Shown here: piece after piece, positions 31,335-43,309 of the stretch
How positions within the stretch are numbered: the stretch's first letter is position 1
Layout of the letters: each line of letters begins with the position of its first letter
NCBI GenBank assembly: GCA_000002445.1
Contig: CM000208.1
Coordinates: 1,632,001 to 1,696,000, forward strand
DNA from: Trypanosoma brucei
Taxonomy: Eukaryota
Direction of reading: 5' to 3'
DNA: 64,000 bases
The notes under the pieces: model-generated
The model's input: the letters and a program-made list of their open reading frames with translations, nothing else
What the model was told of the DNA's origin: nothing
Database searches by the model: none
Program-made: the position numbers and the translations under genes

Positions 31335-33365
31335 AACCTTAACTTTCTGTGTGGTGGAGACAGACAGGGATAGCTAAAGTACGCAATGTGTCTGTGCGTG
31401 TGTATGTGTACGTGTAGGTGTAGGTGGGTGGTTATACTTTTCTAGCAACGCTCTTACATGTAGTGAGAGTGCTCCTAAGTGTTTGAGGAATTATGAAGTC
31501 AGGAGCAGATGGTAACCGGGGGCGTGCTTGTTGTATGTAGAGGCCCTGTTGCTAATTTTTCATCCGCAAATGCGTGCAAATATTTGAGCAGTGTGGTGTT
31601 GGAGGGCGGTACCTATTGAGTAGTTGCTGCGAGGTGGAGGAGTGAGTGTCCTAGTAGCACTGTAAAGGTTACTGTCGAGTGTAGCGGAAATTCGTGTGAA
31701 TGAAAATCGAAATGGAAGGCAATGGTTGCTGTGCGCGTATGCTCCAGCGTACATTTCTTCTCTTTCGATTATTTAGAGGGGAAACAAGAGGACAAGGACG
31801 AGGGAAGTGGTAGAGTGCAAAGAGGGGGGGGGCGGGCCGAGTGATGGTTTCCCCCTTTTCAGTGTTTTACGGTGAGAAGTGGACAGACATGATGGGGGAG
31901 TGAGAAGAGGAAAGAGGATGTGTGGGGTAGTGGAATGTAAATATGTGTGATCACTTCTAGCTTATTGTGTTGTATCGGTAAACCGGTCCTGCATGTGAGG
32001 GTTGTGAACCGACTACGGCGTTTAATCTTGTTGATTATTTCTAAACTTTTTCATTTGCTTCGCCTTCCACCATTTGCTTGGCATTCCCCCCTTAGTATTC
32101 ATCGGTTTAAATTCTTTCGTTTGTTGGTTTCTCCGTCAAACTGCCATAGGGCGGCACGCCAATTCGTATATATATATATCTTAAGCTACAATTTTTGTCT
32201 TTGCTGCTGTTGTTTTTTCTTTTCCACTGCTTCCCATGCTTAACTTTCTTCGTGGCATGCTTGCCATTCCCCTCGGAGCAAGTACAGACCTGTGAAGAAG
32301 TTTAGGAAAAGCCCGAAGATAATAAGGGGAACAAAACGAGTGGCATGGCGAGGCAGGCAAATATGTTAGCTCAGAAGAAGTGTGGCGGCACACCTTTTGT
32401 GGCTATTTGCCCACTGCAACAGGCATTTGCTTCACTCACCATTTAAAAGAAACCATGTATCAAAAGTCCTATCATTTGTGTATTCGTGCTTTTTTTTTTT
32501 CGGTTTTCGGTTGTTGTTGTTTTTTTCGCCGCGCGTTTTTTGCCCTTGCTGTTTTATCGTCTCTCTCCCCTTCCTTTTCCCCCCTTTTGGTCACTTACCG
32601 CCATGAGTAGCAAGCAGACGAGGAAATGAAATCCCATCTTGCACTTGCGTATTTCTCTTCGCACGTTCCATGTGTTCATGAAGTTCACATGCGTTTCTCT
32701 TTTCACACCCGGTCATATATATCTTTGAACACCCCTTTGTTAAACTTTTTATGTTATTACCTGTGGTGGGTTTGGGAAGTGAGAAAGCGGGAGGGGAAAG
32801 GAACGACTGTAAAATAGTGCCTTGGGGGGGGGGGGCTCTGTGTTGATGTGTCCCTTTTCCTTTTCAGCCTTTTTTTTGCCTTTTCCGCGCATAAAATGTA
32901 AGGTGCCCAGGGGCGCATTTTCATCGTTCCCGCCCCACGCATATGTGTGTCAGTTGTGCTAGTGGGTCTGCGCGTAAATGCTAGGATGTGGATGTGGATT
33001 TTCAGATGTACCCATATCTGTTCACTCTTGTTTGCTTGTTTTCACTATATATATATATATATACATATATATGGGTGCATGTATATTTGATTAAAGTGCC
33101 TCGTTCTGTTTTACCCACACCCCGAATTTGTTTGTGCCACTGTCTTCCCTCTTCTTATACCCTTTGCCAATGCTGAAACTTTTTCTTTTACTTTCAATGT
33201 GCCCACCTTCTTGTACACTGTGTGTACTTTCAAATGTGTTCCTGCGTGCGTTATATATGTCATTGTTTTCATGTTTCCTTCCCCTCTATACCCCTCCGTT
33301 TCTTTCTTCTTGTGTTTCATCTGCTCACATATGATTTGTAGTGCACGTGGGGTTGCGGTTTCCTG

Positions 33366-35603
33366 ATGCCCTCCTCTCAGTGGGTAATTTGTTTAGCATC
33401 CATCCGGTTTGACATCGACATAGGCCCTGTCGTGGATCACGTTGCTCCCCATGACGTTTTAACTGAAGAGGGGAAGCGACTCCTCACGCAGGCCAGTTTT
33501 CCTGACTGCAATCCGGAGTACGGACACGACCTTATCTTCTATTTTCAAATGAAGGAGGACTCTCTTGGTGCAAGCAATACACATAGGAAGGACGCTGAAG
33601 GTTCGAGGAATGGCGCCAACACATCTGTGTCCACAACCGTAAAGGACCCTACCTTACGCACTCTAACCTCGGCGACAAATATTTATGGAGCAACTTACTT
33701 CCGTCAAAAGAATGATGCGTCGGTGCCGCGTGGCTACGTCCAGCAGGCCTTCGTATTGTTGTCTCGTTTGCCTTACTTAGTTGTGCATGAGCTCATTCTG
33801 CGCGTTGTAGCTCCTCGCCTCTGTCAGTGTTGTCCGTTCTCGCCTGACACGGAGGTGAAACCGGTGCTGAGTGCTCTGTCGGCCGTACCGTTCACGGCTT
33901 TTGAGCTGGACCCTCTCTTTAATCCCACTCAGTGGTCGCAAGAGGGTGTGTTGGAGCGGGCCCTAGAGGAGATTGGGGGCTGGCCGACGCCCCATCCGCA
34001 CGTTCAGTATGACGTCACGCTCCTTGGTCAGTCTTTCTCATTTATAACGGTAACACGACGGCTGCAAGCACTGGGTGTGCAACGACCAGTAGGTCCACGC
34101 CGGCATGTGATGAATTTAGATGGGCGTGTTGTATTTTTAGGAAATAAGCACCAATCAATGTGCGAGTATAGTATGCTTCCGCTTTACACGCTTCTGAATG
34201 AGCATCTCAGCAATCTAACTCGCATATGGGAGCTCATACTTTCGCATGAGCCTCTATTTATTTGGAGCAATACACCTTCAATGGCATCTGGTGCTGCAAT
34301 AGCTGTTGTATCTCTCATTGAGCCGGTTGTATATAACGGCCTTTTACGTCCTTACTTGACGGTGCAAGATGAGTCGTTTGCCTACCTGAGCCAGTTGGGA
34401 AAGGCAGAACCGTTCTCACGGAGCGATAGTGTTGTTGTGGCGTCCACAAACCCGTTCTTTTTCCGCGCGTTTGATGGCTGGCGGAACCGACTGACTGTGA
34501 TGGACAGACTGGCTCGTAGCAGTGGAAGTGCGAAGGTGGTGGGAGGGGAAACTGTTGGTAGCGGAAACGATAGTGATCCCGCAGTGCACGACGACAACAC
34601 TGTCCCTGTTGTTTCTCGACAGAATAGTGGGAGTGCGTGCCCCTCACCCATACCGGATGGCAACCCGAGCGGGTGCATTCCTTCGCCCGTTTCACCGTTT
34701 GTCCTCACGTACGAAAGTTTTCACCCCACCCTGACCGCCGCCAAAAAATCGGTGGCGCGTAGTGCATCCCCCTCTCAACGTGCACACACAGCTCTCCCGA
34801 GCGCGCGGGGTGCAAGTTCTTTCACGTCACCGTTCTCGTTTTTAGTTGACCACCGTACGCAAACCGCCGTTCTGCTCAGGCGATTGGAACAGGCGTCACA
34901 TTTGAATGCAGAGGCTCAGCTGGCTATGCTGAACATGCACAATCTGGATGCTTGTGGTTGCTCAGACGACAATGTAGCCGACGGCTCTGAGGGTGGTGTA
35001 GGGGCTGTTGGGAGCGGTGACCACGGAGGTGGAGCGAACAACTTGCGCCAGTTTTTCCAGCATAATATTGCCGATGATATAGTGAGAAAGTTCTTCGTGA
35101 CGCTAACGCAGGAATTTCTCATGCCCGTGCGCGCCTGGTTCCAGGTGGCAACGAGCAATTTCAACCTTTTTCATCTGTGCGACCCTGCCATCTATGCGGC
35201 TCTCTCGTCCGAGTCGTTTTTGCAGTTCCTCAAGAACAGCAGAGAGGGCATACCCTCCTTCCTTTCCCATCACCCGTACAAAAAATACAGCGGTATGTAC
35301 AAGCGCTTTGCTAGGGGTTGTTTGTTTCAGTCGTTCCTTTTAAAGTTAGTGGATACAAAGATACGACGTGAACTGGAAGAACTGCAGCTGGATGTTTGGG
35401 CCGCTGAATATACGACGGAGAGGGAACGAGTGGAGATGATTGTTTCGCTCCTGAAGCTTGTGGAAAGGGAGGTGGCGCATTCCCTGGATCCTGATGTTGT
35501 ATTTGTCACCTCAGCGGTGTCGTTGCTTGTGGGGATGGCAACATATGTTAGCGAGTCGCTGCGAGATGAGCTGATGGCTGCGATAAGTAGGTTGAAGCCC
35601 TGA
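33366..35603 (+). CDS. hypothetical 745-aa protein (possible DENN/AVL9-like longin-type N-terminus)
   Basis: Long ATG-initiated ORF. The N-terminal VICLASIRFDIDIGPVVDHVAP resembles the uDENN/AVL9 opening strand. This is weak and by eye only. Confidence 0.4.
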   Translation: MPSSQWVICLASIRFDIDIGPVVDHVAPHDVLTEEGKRLLTQASFPDCNPEYGHDLIFYFQMKEDSLGASNTHRKDAEGSRNGANTSVSTTVKDPTLRTLTSATNIYGATYFRQKNDASVPRGYVQQAFVLLSRLPYLVVHELILRVVAPRLCQCCPFSPDTEVKPVLSALSAVPFTAFELDPLFNPTQWSQEGVLERALEEIGGWPTPHPHVQYDVTLLGQSFSFITVTRRLQALGVQRPVGPRRHVMNLDGRVVFLGNKHQSMCEYSMLPLYTLLNEHLSNLTRIWELILSHEPLFIWSNTPSMASGAAIAVVSLIEPVVYNGLLRPYLTVQDESFAYLSQLGKAEPFSRSDSVVVASTNPFFFRAFDGWRNRLTVMDRLARSSGSAKVVGGETVGSGNDSDPAVHDDNTVPVVSRQNSGSACPSPIPDGNPSGCIPSPVSPFVLTYESFHPTLTAAKKSVARSASPSQRAHTALPSARGASSFTSPFSFLVDHRTQTAVLLRRLEQASHLNAEAQLAMLNMHNLDACGCSDDNVADGSEGGVGAVGSGDHGGGANNLRQFFQHNIADDIVRKFFVTLTQEFLMPVRAWFQVATSNFNLFHLCDPAIYAALSSESFLQFLKNSREGIPSFLSHHPYKKYSGMYKRFARGCLFQSFLLKLVDTKIRRELEELQLDVWAAEYTTERERVEMIVSLLKLVEREVAHSLDPDVVFVTSAVSLLVGMATYVSESLRDELMAAISRLKP

Positions 35604-36140
35604 TGATGCGGGGGAGCGGGAGGGTAAATTGTAAGGAAGTGTATGTGTGAGGCCAGAGCAGGACAATAAATATTGCTAATGTAAGGGCGCAAAAGTGCAT
35701 ACGAGTAGGTGCTTCTATTTCCCCCTCCTTTTTTGCCCCTCTTCTCTTTGACCATTGTTTTGCGTTAAATTTTGCTGTTCTTTTTTTTTTTCGTTGTTCT
35801 TGTTTCACTTGTATCTGACCTAATATGTTGGTGTCGGCTGAAGGAAAACTGCTTGCCAGAAGGAAAGTTCATTCTGTTTGAGCTTCCCTCCTTCTGAATT
35901 AGTGGTCTGCAGCCGCTGGTAAACCCCTTCAACTCTTTCTCTGCACGAGCCATGAAGAATATATATATATACATATATATCAATATGTATATGTTGCAGC
36001 CATAATGTGTACTAGCATGGAAGCGTTCGCTTGCCTACTTGGAAGTATGTTGGGGGGAATTGTTTCCCCGTGTTGGCCTGGTGTTTTTTCATCCTCTTTT
36101 TTGTTTGTCCTTTGTTCATATAACTCGTTTTGTGTTAGCG

Positions 36141-36162
36141 ATATATATATATATATATATAT
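36141..36162. repeat. (AT)11 microsatellite
   Basis: Perfect dinucleotide run. Similar (TA)n runs occur near 33047, 50777 and 57636. Confidence 0.9.
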
Positions 36163-36921
36163 CTTTCGCCATATTCAAGTGAGACAATGTGCGAAAGAAC
36201 GGATGGAGGCGTGGGGAGCCGATTCTGTCTGACCGTTGCTTGCCTTTACCTTTCCTTGCTTTTCCACATGTAAACGTTAACTACCACCCTTTGTGTCTTT
36301 CGTTACTTCACCCTTGCATTTCCTCGCCTTAGGTGTGGACATAAGGAGGGTACCGCGACAGAACATAGGGGAGTTTTTTTTTGTGCATACGTATATCTGC
36401 GTTTGTGTCCTCCTCTCATCAACCGCAATGCCACAGAAACGGCATACCACTTCTTAGGATTCCCTTCGTGACGCGAATATGCGAAGGGGTCCCTTTTTAT
36501 CTAACCGCTTGTGTGGTTCCGTGCTTGTGCGAAACCATAGGGGTATAGGCGGCGCATGGGGACCGAACTGCCCACAGAGGTTATGGAAGGGAGGAATAAG
36601 TGAATGGACATGGACGGATTCATCAAAATTATCTGCCAGTAGTTTACCACCCGTTCACCACAGTTAGTTGCATCGACCACCCATCAATGCTTTGTACAAG
36701 AAGAGCATCTTTCCCCTTTCTTTTTTGTCCGACTCGGAAGGTGAAAGAAGATTGAAAAGAGACAATATTGACAGCCATAGAGGGCTTGCAGCGTGGGATA
36801 GTGTGCGCACTGGGGGTGTACAAGTGGGTACGCAAAAAAATATTTCCCCCTCCCTCGAAATTTTGTTTCTGGCGTTTTCGTCACGCCTTTTTTTTTTTGT
36901 ATTTGAGGGTGCTGTGCATAC

Positions 36922-37968
36922 ATGTTACTTAGTGATGAGCACCTGGCATTGCTGGCGAAGTACTACGCCACGGTAGAGTTCACAGGTGAACAGAAGGACG
37001 CGCTCATAGAAAAATACTGGGAGGCAAATGAAGCTGAGCGCAAGGCCATCGCGAGGGCCTACGCATCGCTCTTTGCCAATGACGCCGACTTCATTCAGCG
37101 ACTGCTTGCCCACTACGATATGCATGTTAGCCCGCATGTGAGTCAGGGTGCGAGCAGTTGCAATGAGAACGGTGAACCCTGCAAGAGTGAGGCGGAGTTA
37201 TCGGCAGGCGCTCCCGCTGAACAGGACGGAAACGGCTCCAATAACGGCAGTCTACCGGCGCGGCCGGCGAAGCCGTCGAAAGGGCCAAGTGGCCAACAAC
37301 TCACGTACTCTCAATTGGTTCTGCGTACGGCAATACAGGACCAGTATTCCAAACTTAGTGGTGACGGCCCCTTTCCGATGGCCTTCGGTTTGGTTTTGTC
37401 CGAGGAGGAGCGCCGTGAAGTCATAGATTTGTACTCTCTGCAATTCCAATACCCCGATCAACCAGAGCTGCAGCGTCTTGTCATACTCCCCCAAACGCAT
37501 TCCACTCGTACCAGGCGTCGTGCGAAAGGGAGCTACACATGGTACCTACGCTCGCTCAACACTAACGAAATGGTGTGCGCCGTGACAATTATGGCACACC
37601 ACTATGAAACGCACCACTTCGTCGAGGTGCCGCTGTTCGCAACTGGGGTTGGGTATAAGAAGCATGGCTTCGGCAGGCTAATGAACGCAGCACTGCTGCA
37701 GTGGTGTGTAGAGACGGGGTTCGAGTTTGTGATGATATCCGCTGACGTTAAGGCGATTCCTTTTTGGTCCCATCTTGGCTATAAAACTATGGAAAAATCT
37801 GAACTCACACGTATTGTCTTCTATTATGAGCACAACTGTTATAAATTTAAGGGTGCTGAGGTTATGATTCGGTACTGCCGTACGTGGCCTACGGACGGAG
37901 TAAAAGAGGCATTGGCTCGAGTGCAGAAGGTGATCGTGTCGGGACATGTGGGTTTAATGGATGCCTAG
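36922..37968 (+). CDS. protein with C-terminal GNAT-family N-acetyltransferase domain
   Basis: The C-terminal FVEVPLFATGVGYKKHGFGRLMNAALLQWCVETGFEFVMISADVKAIPFWSHLGYK matches GNAT motif A (the Q/RxxGxG/A-like acetyl-CoA binding region) and motif B. Confidence 0.6.
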   Translation: MLLSDEHLALLAKYYATVEFTGEQKDALIEKYWEANEAERKAIARAYASLFANDADFIQRLLAHYDMHVSPHVSQGASSCNENGEPCKSEAELSAGAPAEQDGNGSNNGSLPARPAKPSKGPSGQQLTYSQLVLRTAIQDQYSKLSGDGPFPMAFGLVLSEEERREVIDLYSLQFQYPDQPELQRLVILPQTHSTRTRRRAKGSYTWYLRSLNTNEMVCAVTIMAHHYETHHFVEVPLFATGVGYKKHGFGRLMNAALLQWCVETGFEFVMISADVKAIPFWSHLGYKTMEKSELTRIVFYYEHNCYKFKGAEVMIRYCRTWPTDGVKEALARVQKVIVSGHVGLMDA

Positions 37969-37984
37969 GGCGATTCTCCTTGCA

Positions 37985-38006
37985 TGTGTGTGTGTGTGTG
38001 TGTGTG
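37985..38006. repeat. (TG)11 microsatellite
   Basis: Perfect dinucleotide run in the GNAT-DnaJ spacer. Confidence 0.9.
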
Positions 38007-38787
38007 CAGATGTTAATCATAATTACACGACAAAAGGAAAGTCGGGCCTCATTTGTTGCTCTCTATCTCTTTGTGCATTGGTTTGCGTGCGTAAAGTGTT
38101 ACCTCCCCGGCTAAGTGTGTTTGCTGTTTGGCGGGAGCAAAAGAAAAAAAGGAAACGAAACCGGTAGCGATGCATTGATACGTGTGTGTGTGTGTGCTCA
38201 CACTCGCGCATTGTGCACCATTAAGTATTTCAAGATATACGAATACGTATATGCGAACTCGTATAGGATAGTTGTTAATTCTGGCCCCTTCTATCTATAT
38301 TTTTTGTTTGTTACTTTTCTCCTGCACTCTTGTGTTATCATAGTGTTGTATTTTTACACATTTCCCCTTCCTAATTGCAGCACTTGTGACCCCGTGGCAG
38401 TGTGCCTGCTTACGTGTGTTGGTGCCCCATCAACTCTGTGAAGGTGAGAGTGCAGAGCGAAGGGATAAAAGTAAACAAGATAAAAGGGTGATAAAAGAAA
38501 AAAAAAGAAAAAAGGGAGGGAGGAAGAAAAAAAAGAAAAAGGTTACCCAAGGTAACCGTGAGGAGAGTGGAAGGAGGGAGTGTAAGAAGAAAAGTACAGG
38601 AAAGACCGCAATTCCACTCACTCGGACAAAACCCTCAAATACGTACCGCGCATTTGTCCATCCGCACGGGCCTAGCGGAGCCAAACAAACAAACGAGGGT
38701 GAGACAGGTAGTAGAGATCCAGGTTAATAAACTGTAATTTGTACCAAACGAAAGGCGCACGAGATACCAAAGTAACGCTGAAGGAGG

Positions 38788-39612
38788 ATGAACTCTATGG
38801 ATGATGCGGCAATTGTAAATCACGTTATTAACAACAGAAACAACTACTACCGTATTTTGTTTTTGGAACGCACTGCCACCAACGAGGAGATAAAGGCAAA
38901 CTACAAGAAGATGGCCTTGAAGTGCCATCCGGACAAGAACAAACACAAAAATGCGAGTGACGCATTCAAACTGCTAGGCACCGCAAACAGCGTCCTCTCA
39001 GATCAGGCGAGGCGACGAATTTACGATTCCCAGGGTGCTGAAGCCGTACGGCGGCACGACAATGGCGGGATGGGCCACAGGGCACCTGGACACGGTGCAT
39101 ATTACAACGCTAACGACCTCTTCGAGGAGTTTTTTGGGCGTGCTCATCGTATGCATACTGAGCGGCCGTTTGCACACGAAGCTGAAGTACCCGTTAATTT
39201 ACTGATGGCGCTGCCGTTGATCTTCTTCGTGATTCTGGCGTTACTCATCCAGTCGTCTCTTACTGACTTAAGTGATTATTCAAATCCCCATATGCGCAGG
39301 GGTGGTGGCGGTGGTGATGGCATAGATACCTTCAGTTTGACGCCAGACCCCGAGCGTGGACATGTTGTGGAACGTTTAACGGCTCTGAAGGGAGCGCGGG
39401 TGAAGTATTATGTCAAACCGAAGTGGAACGAGCGGGCGTCGCGTGGGAGTGCTGACGTGCGTCGAATGGAAAGGAACGTCGTGCAACAGCAGCAAGAATC
39501 TCTGGCTCGTCGCTGTGAGGCGGAGTCGCTCTCCTACAGAGCACGCGGGCGAAAGGAAACGCCCCCGGTCTGCTCCGAATACGAGTCTTTGCGTCAAGCC
39601 ATGCACCGTTAG
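38788..39612 (+). CDS. DnaJ (J-domain) protein with one transmembrane segment
   Basis: N-terminal J-domain: YYRILFLERTATNEEIKANYKKMALKCHPDKNKHKNASDAFKLLGTANSVLSD...RRIYD, including the HPD tripeptide. A hydrophobic segment LLMALPLIFFVILALLI follows. Confidence 0.85.
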   Translation: MNSMDDAAIVNHVINNRNNYYRILFLERTATNEEIKANYKKMALKCHPDKNKHKNASDAFKLLGTANSVLSDQARRRIYDSQGAEAVRRHDNGGMGHRAPGHGAYYNANDLFEEFFGRAHRMHTERPFAHEAEVPVNLLMALPLIFFVILALLIQSSLTDLSDYSNPHMRRGGGGGDGIDTFSLTPDPERGHVVERLTALKGARVKYYVKPKWNERASRGSADVRRMERNVVQQQQESLARRCEAESLSYRARGRKETPPVCSEYESLRQAMHR

Positions 39613-40087
39613 GCGCGCACTTCACTCCGGTGTGTTTGCAAGGGACGGTTTCGGCGGGTTGGTGTTACGGTCCACACACACACAAGAGACTTTTGTGTGC
39701 GTGGGTGATCTTGTGTTCTGCTTTTGTATTAAACCTAATGTTGTGCACTTTGCATTTCTTGTTGAACTATTTGAATGTGTGTCTCAATCCCTACAAACGA
39801 CCCTCGCTACCATTTTGTCGCCGAATTTGCTTCCCTTTGCCCCCGCCCATGTCTTCCTCGTCATCTGATCACGCACAACGGCAATGCTTCTGTGTAGCGT
39901 CCGAGCTTCGTCCTTCGCCTCCGCAAAATATAGTAATAATAATTATTATTACCACGCACGGCCTTTTTCTTTTGAACAATCGTGTATCATAGAAGTTTTC
40001 AAACACCTATAGAAAGGACACTACACCAGGTGGAGTGATCTCCCATAGAACACAGCCAGCTTCCATTGTATAGAATTTGCCTTATGG

Positions 40088-41539
40088 ATGCCTCACTGCC
40101 CGCGGAGTCCACTGCGAACCCACACGGCTCCCTCGCTACCCCACGAGCAACCGGGTTCTTACACCGCAACTGTTACCTTACATGGTGAGCGGAGGGTAGC
40201 GGATGCATATGCATCTGAAGTTTGTTGGGGCGGCCAGACTGGCACAAGATGGGGCAGCACACACCGTGGGGTTGAGCAGGCTGACGTGTGGAAAACCGCA
40301 TTATGCCCACAAGCGGCATTTCAGAGAAGGGCGTTGTCCCTACTTGGTGAGGGTCATACGGGAACACGCCATGGCCTCCTAAAAGAGCCCCATTTGCGGT
40401 GCTGTGATGCAGGTGAAACCGCACGTCCTACGAGACATATTGAGCGCCACCGTAGTCCCACGACGGTTGGTGGCGATGCAGTTCAACAGCTTGGCACAAC
40501 ATTATGCCATAGTAGTTATTGCCGAATGCCTTCGGTGAATCCTCCGGCAACCGCGTACGAACGAGCCCTTGCAAAGCATGGGAAGCGACTCCTAGCTGCG
40601 GTCCAGAGGGAGCAGAGAAGAAAATTAGAAGAACAGCGGAATCGTCAAGTGCTTGAGCGCCGCAAGGCTCTTTACGAAAGGTATACCAAGTGGAATCGGC
40701 AGTCGACTCATAAGAACGGCTCGGAGCAAACACCAGCGGCGGCTTCCCGCTGTGAAGAGGTTGAGGCCCGGCAGCACAGTGCGCTCACAGTTACCATCGG
40801 CGCTTCTGAAACTGTTGGAAGTTCGCCTTCATCACTCCCAGGTGGGGGGACTTTAGAGACGACGTTACAAGCAACCAAACATTTGCTACTTGAACATACC
40901 ACAGAGGTTGTGGGTTGCTCTACAGCTCCGTTCAATGAGCCTGTTGGGGGAAAACATAACCAAATGCCGCGCAACACCATGTACCCCAAGGAACTACAGG
41001 AGCCACAGAACCATAATTTGGCAGAGTGCGAGTGCTCAACCTCGTTCATGGCGTACTTAGCGGGGAGGCTTTCACCGAGGAGACGCTGCGGGGGTAGTAG
41101 GTTTAATCCCGGATCTGGTGGCAGAGGCGACTTCATCCACGTGTGTTGGCCTCACTGCTTCACTCCACCGCGCCCCTTACCTTGCAGACAAGTTCCACAC
41201 GAATGGGGAAGAAACCTTGTTGCTTCCCTTGCAACGTGTGGTGACGCCGATGGTGAGGGACTGCGGTGGGGATTGCCGTCTCCATTGAGTTGCGTGCTTC
41301 CGGATGATATCCATCAAACTTCGCTGCGGCGCTCTCCTCGCACTGCTGAGGCAACCGCTCTTTCGCAGCGGTACTGCACATCTTTGGATGGTAGTGTAAA
41401 CGAATGTGCTGGGGAAGAACGGCATCTGCTCACCTTCATGCGACCAATGGACCAACCACGCCCCCTCTTGAGTTACCACAGACCGAAAACAATATGTGAG
41501 GATCAAGGAGGCGCTTATGCTGCTTCGGCATGCCCTTAA
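40088..41539 (+). CDS. hypothetical protein (true start possibly an internal Met near 40526)
   Basis: 483-aa ATG ORF on the coding strand. No recognisable domain. The N-terminal ~145 aa look non-protein-like, so the real start may be MPSVNPPATAYERALAKHGKRLL. Confidence 0.3.
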   Translation: MPHCPRSPLRTHTAPSLPHEQPGSYTATVTLHGERRVADAYASEVCWGGQTGTRWGSTHRGVEQADVWKTALCPQAAFQRRALSLLGEGHTGTRHGLLKEPHLRCCDAGETARPTRHIERHRSPTTVGGDAVQQLGTTLCHSSYCRMPSVNPPATAYERALAKHGKRLLAAVQREQRRKLEEQRNRQVLERRKALYERYTKWNRQSTHKNGSEQTPAAASRCEEVEARQHSALTVTIGASETVGSSPSSLPGGGTLETTLQATKHLLLEHTTEVVGCSTAPFNEPVGGKHNQMPRNTMYPKELQEPQNHNLAECECSTSFMAYLAGRLSPRRRCGGSRFNPGSGGRGDFIHVCWPHCFTPPRPLPCRQVPHEWGRNLVASLATCGDADGEGLRWGLPSPLSCVLPDDIHQTSLRRSPRTAEATALSQRYCTSLDGSVNECAGEERHLLTFMRPMDQPRPLLSYHRPKTICEDQGGAYAASACP

Positions 41540-42468
41540 AGGTGTGGATGTGGTTACGCTTCCAAATTCGTTTGTTACCAGTGACAGTTTAACCAAGTTT
41601 TGGACTTTACTGCTGGAGAGTTGAGGAAGAGGGAACTGTAATTTTTTTTTACCTGTGCGTGCCGAGTGGTATATGTGTACGTATGTTTACTTCCAGCCTG
41701 AGCTGGCGAAAAGAGCAAATTGAGTCGGAATATGTAGTGGTTGCTGGGTTCCTCCGCTTGAAGTGTAGTGGGAAGTTGTACCCTGGTTGACTGAGGACTC
41801 TCTCTCACTACGCCCTCATGAATCTTGTTTCCACATCGCTCATCCGCCTGGCGGTTGCTTACAACGTTCGCATATGGTCGTAGTTACGCCTTTACAGGGG
41901 ACGTGTGCACTTGCGCCCCAAGCGTTGGGGTGAATGGGAGGGACATGTTTTTTCAACTCAGTGTTTTGGGGGTAACATTGGCGACGGCATTGAATGTCAG
42001 GATGTTCCCTTGTTTCCTGTGTAATAACGGCATTCTGCGCTTTACTTTTGTACATGCCTTTTTCTTTGATTCCTATCCTGTTGCTGGAAAGCAAGCACTT
42101 TCTATAATTGCTGTTCATCCCGGTGCCACGTGTGCCCTGCATTTTTTCAAGGGGTCCCTGATCGATCCATTATAACAGCAGCAGTGAACTTGGAAAGAGG
42201 GAAAAAGGACAATGTGGCACGCTACGTACACCTTGGTCTGAACAGTAAGGGTTATATGTCGTGGACTTGCTGCCGGCGGTCGCGTGATGACCCAGTGGTG
42301 TCTACGATTAGGGGCTGAGCGTTAGCCAAAGCAAAGCCGCTTTCCGAATCTGTTGGCCCCTACAAGGGCTAAAGGTCTCACGAACTCGAAATGTTAGCCA
42401 TGAGCCACCTTTTTTTTTGTGTATTCGTTTCTTGGAAACTGCGTATTTTGTTGCGGTGCATACATCCA

Positions 42469-42497
42469 GTTGTGTGTGTGTGTGTGTGTGTGTGTGG
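42469..42497. repeat. (GT)14 microsatellite
   Basis: Perfect dinucleotide run in the spacer upstream of the DEAD-box helicase. Confidence 0.9.
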
Positions 42498-43309
42498 ATC
42501 GAAACCCACAAAAACGAAGTGAATTTCCGGGGTTTAGACTCATTTCTCTATTTTCAGAACGAGTATACGGGGTTGTGTTAGTTTAACCATTACTGGAATA
42601 TTTTTCCGTGCACACCCTACACTGTGGTATTGTTATGATGGGAAACGACAGCAATAACGAGATGGTGCCCTCATCCTTTTTGATGTGCCATTTTATGTTT
42701 ACTTTGCATGCTTATCAACAATCTGCGCACCTTTTCATGCCTTCCTCTTCTGCACCACTGCCCTTTCCGATTTTGGTCCGCGTCACGGTACTGCGTGCTT
42801 GCTTAAGAATCTTCGGTTGAGTGACAAGTGTTATTGTGAAACTACCGGACTGAATCCAACGCACCTATTCAACAACTCACGCGAAGGCTCACTCGTAATA
42901 TACGATGTGGGGGTAGTTGGAAGGGATGCGTATGTGGCCGTTTTTTGTAAGCGCAACCTGCGGCAGAGTGATGTGGCTACTTTGCCTTCTTGTTTCTGTC
43001 TTGCCACAGTATTTCCCCTCTTTTTATTTTTTTCGCACTGTTCTGTCCCTGAAGTTTCTCTCGCCTTACGTAAAGTTCACGAAGAAAAAAAAAGCAAAAG
43101 GTCTACTAATCTGTGAGGAAGAAGAAACAGGGGAACCTCCCATACTTTTTTAGGTGCGACCACTTCCCCACACATAGGGGAGACGGTGATTAACACCCAA
43201 ACAAACAGAAAGGTTGCAGATCTTTTATTTCTGTAGTATCCACGTGTTGCTCGCTGTTCCGCAACTTAGTGCGAGCTGTTTGACTGGAGCCTTCTTTGGA
43301 TAATCCAGG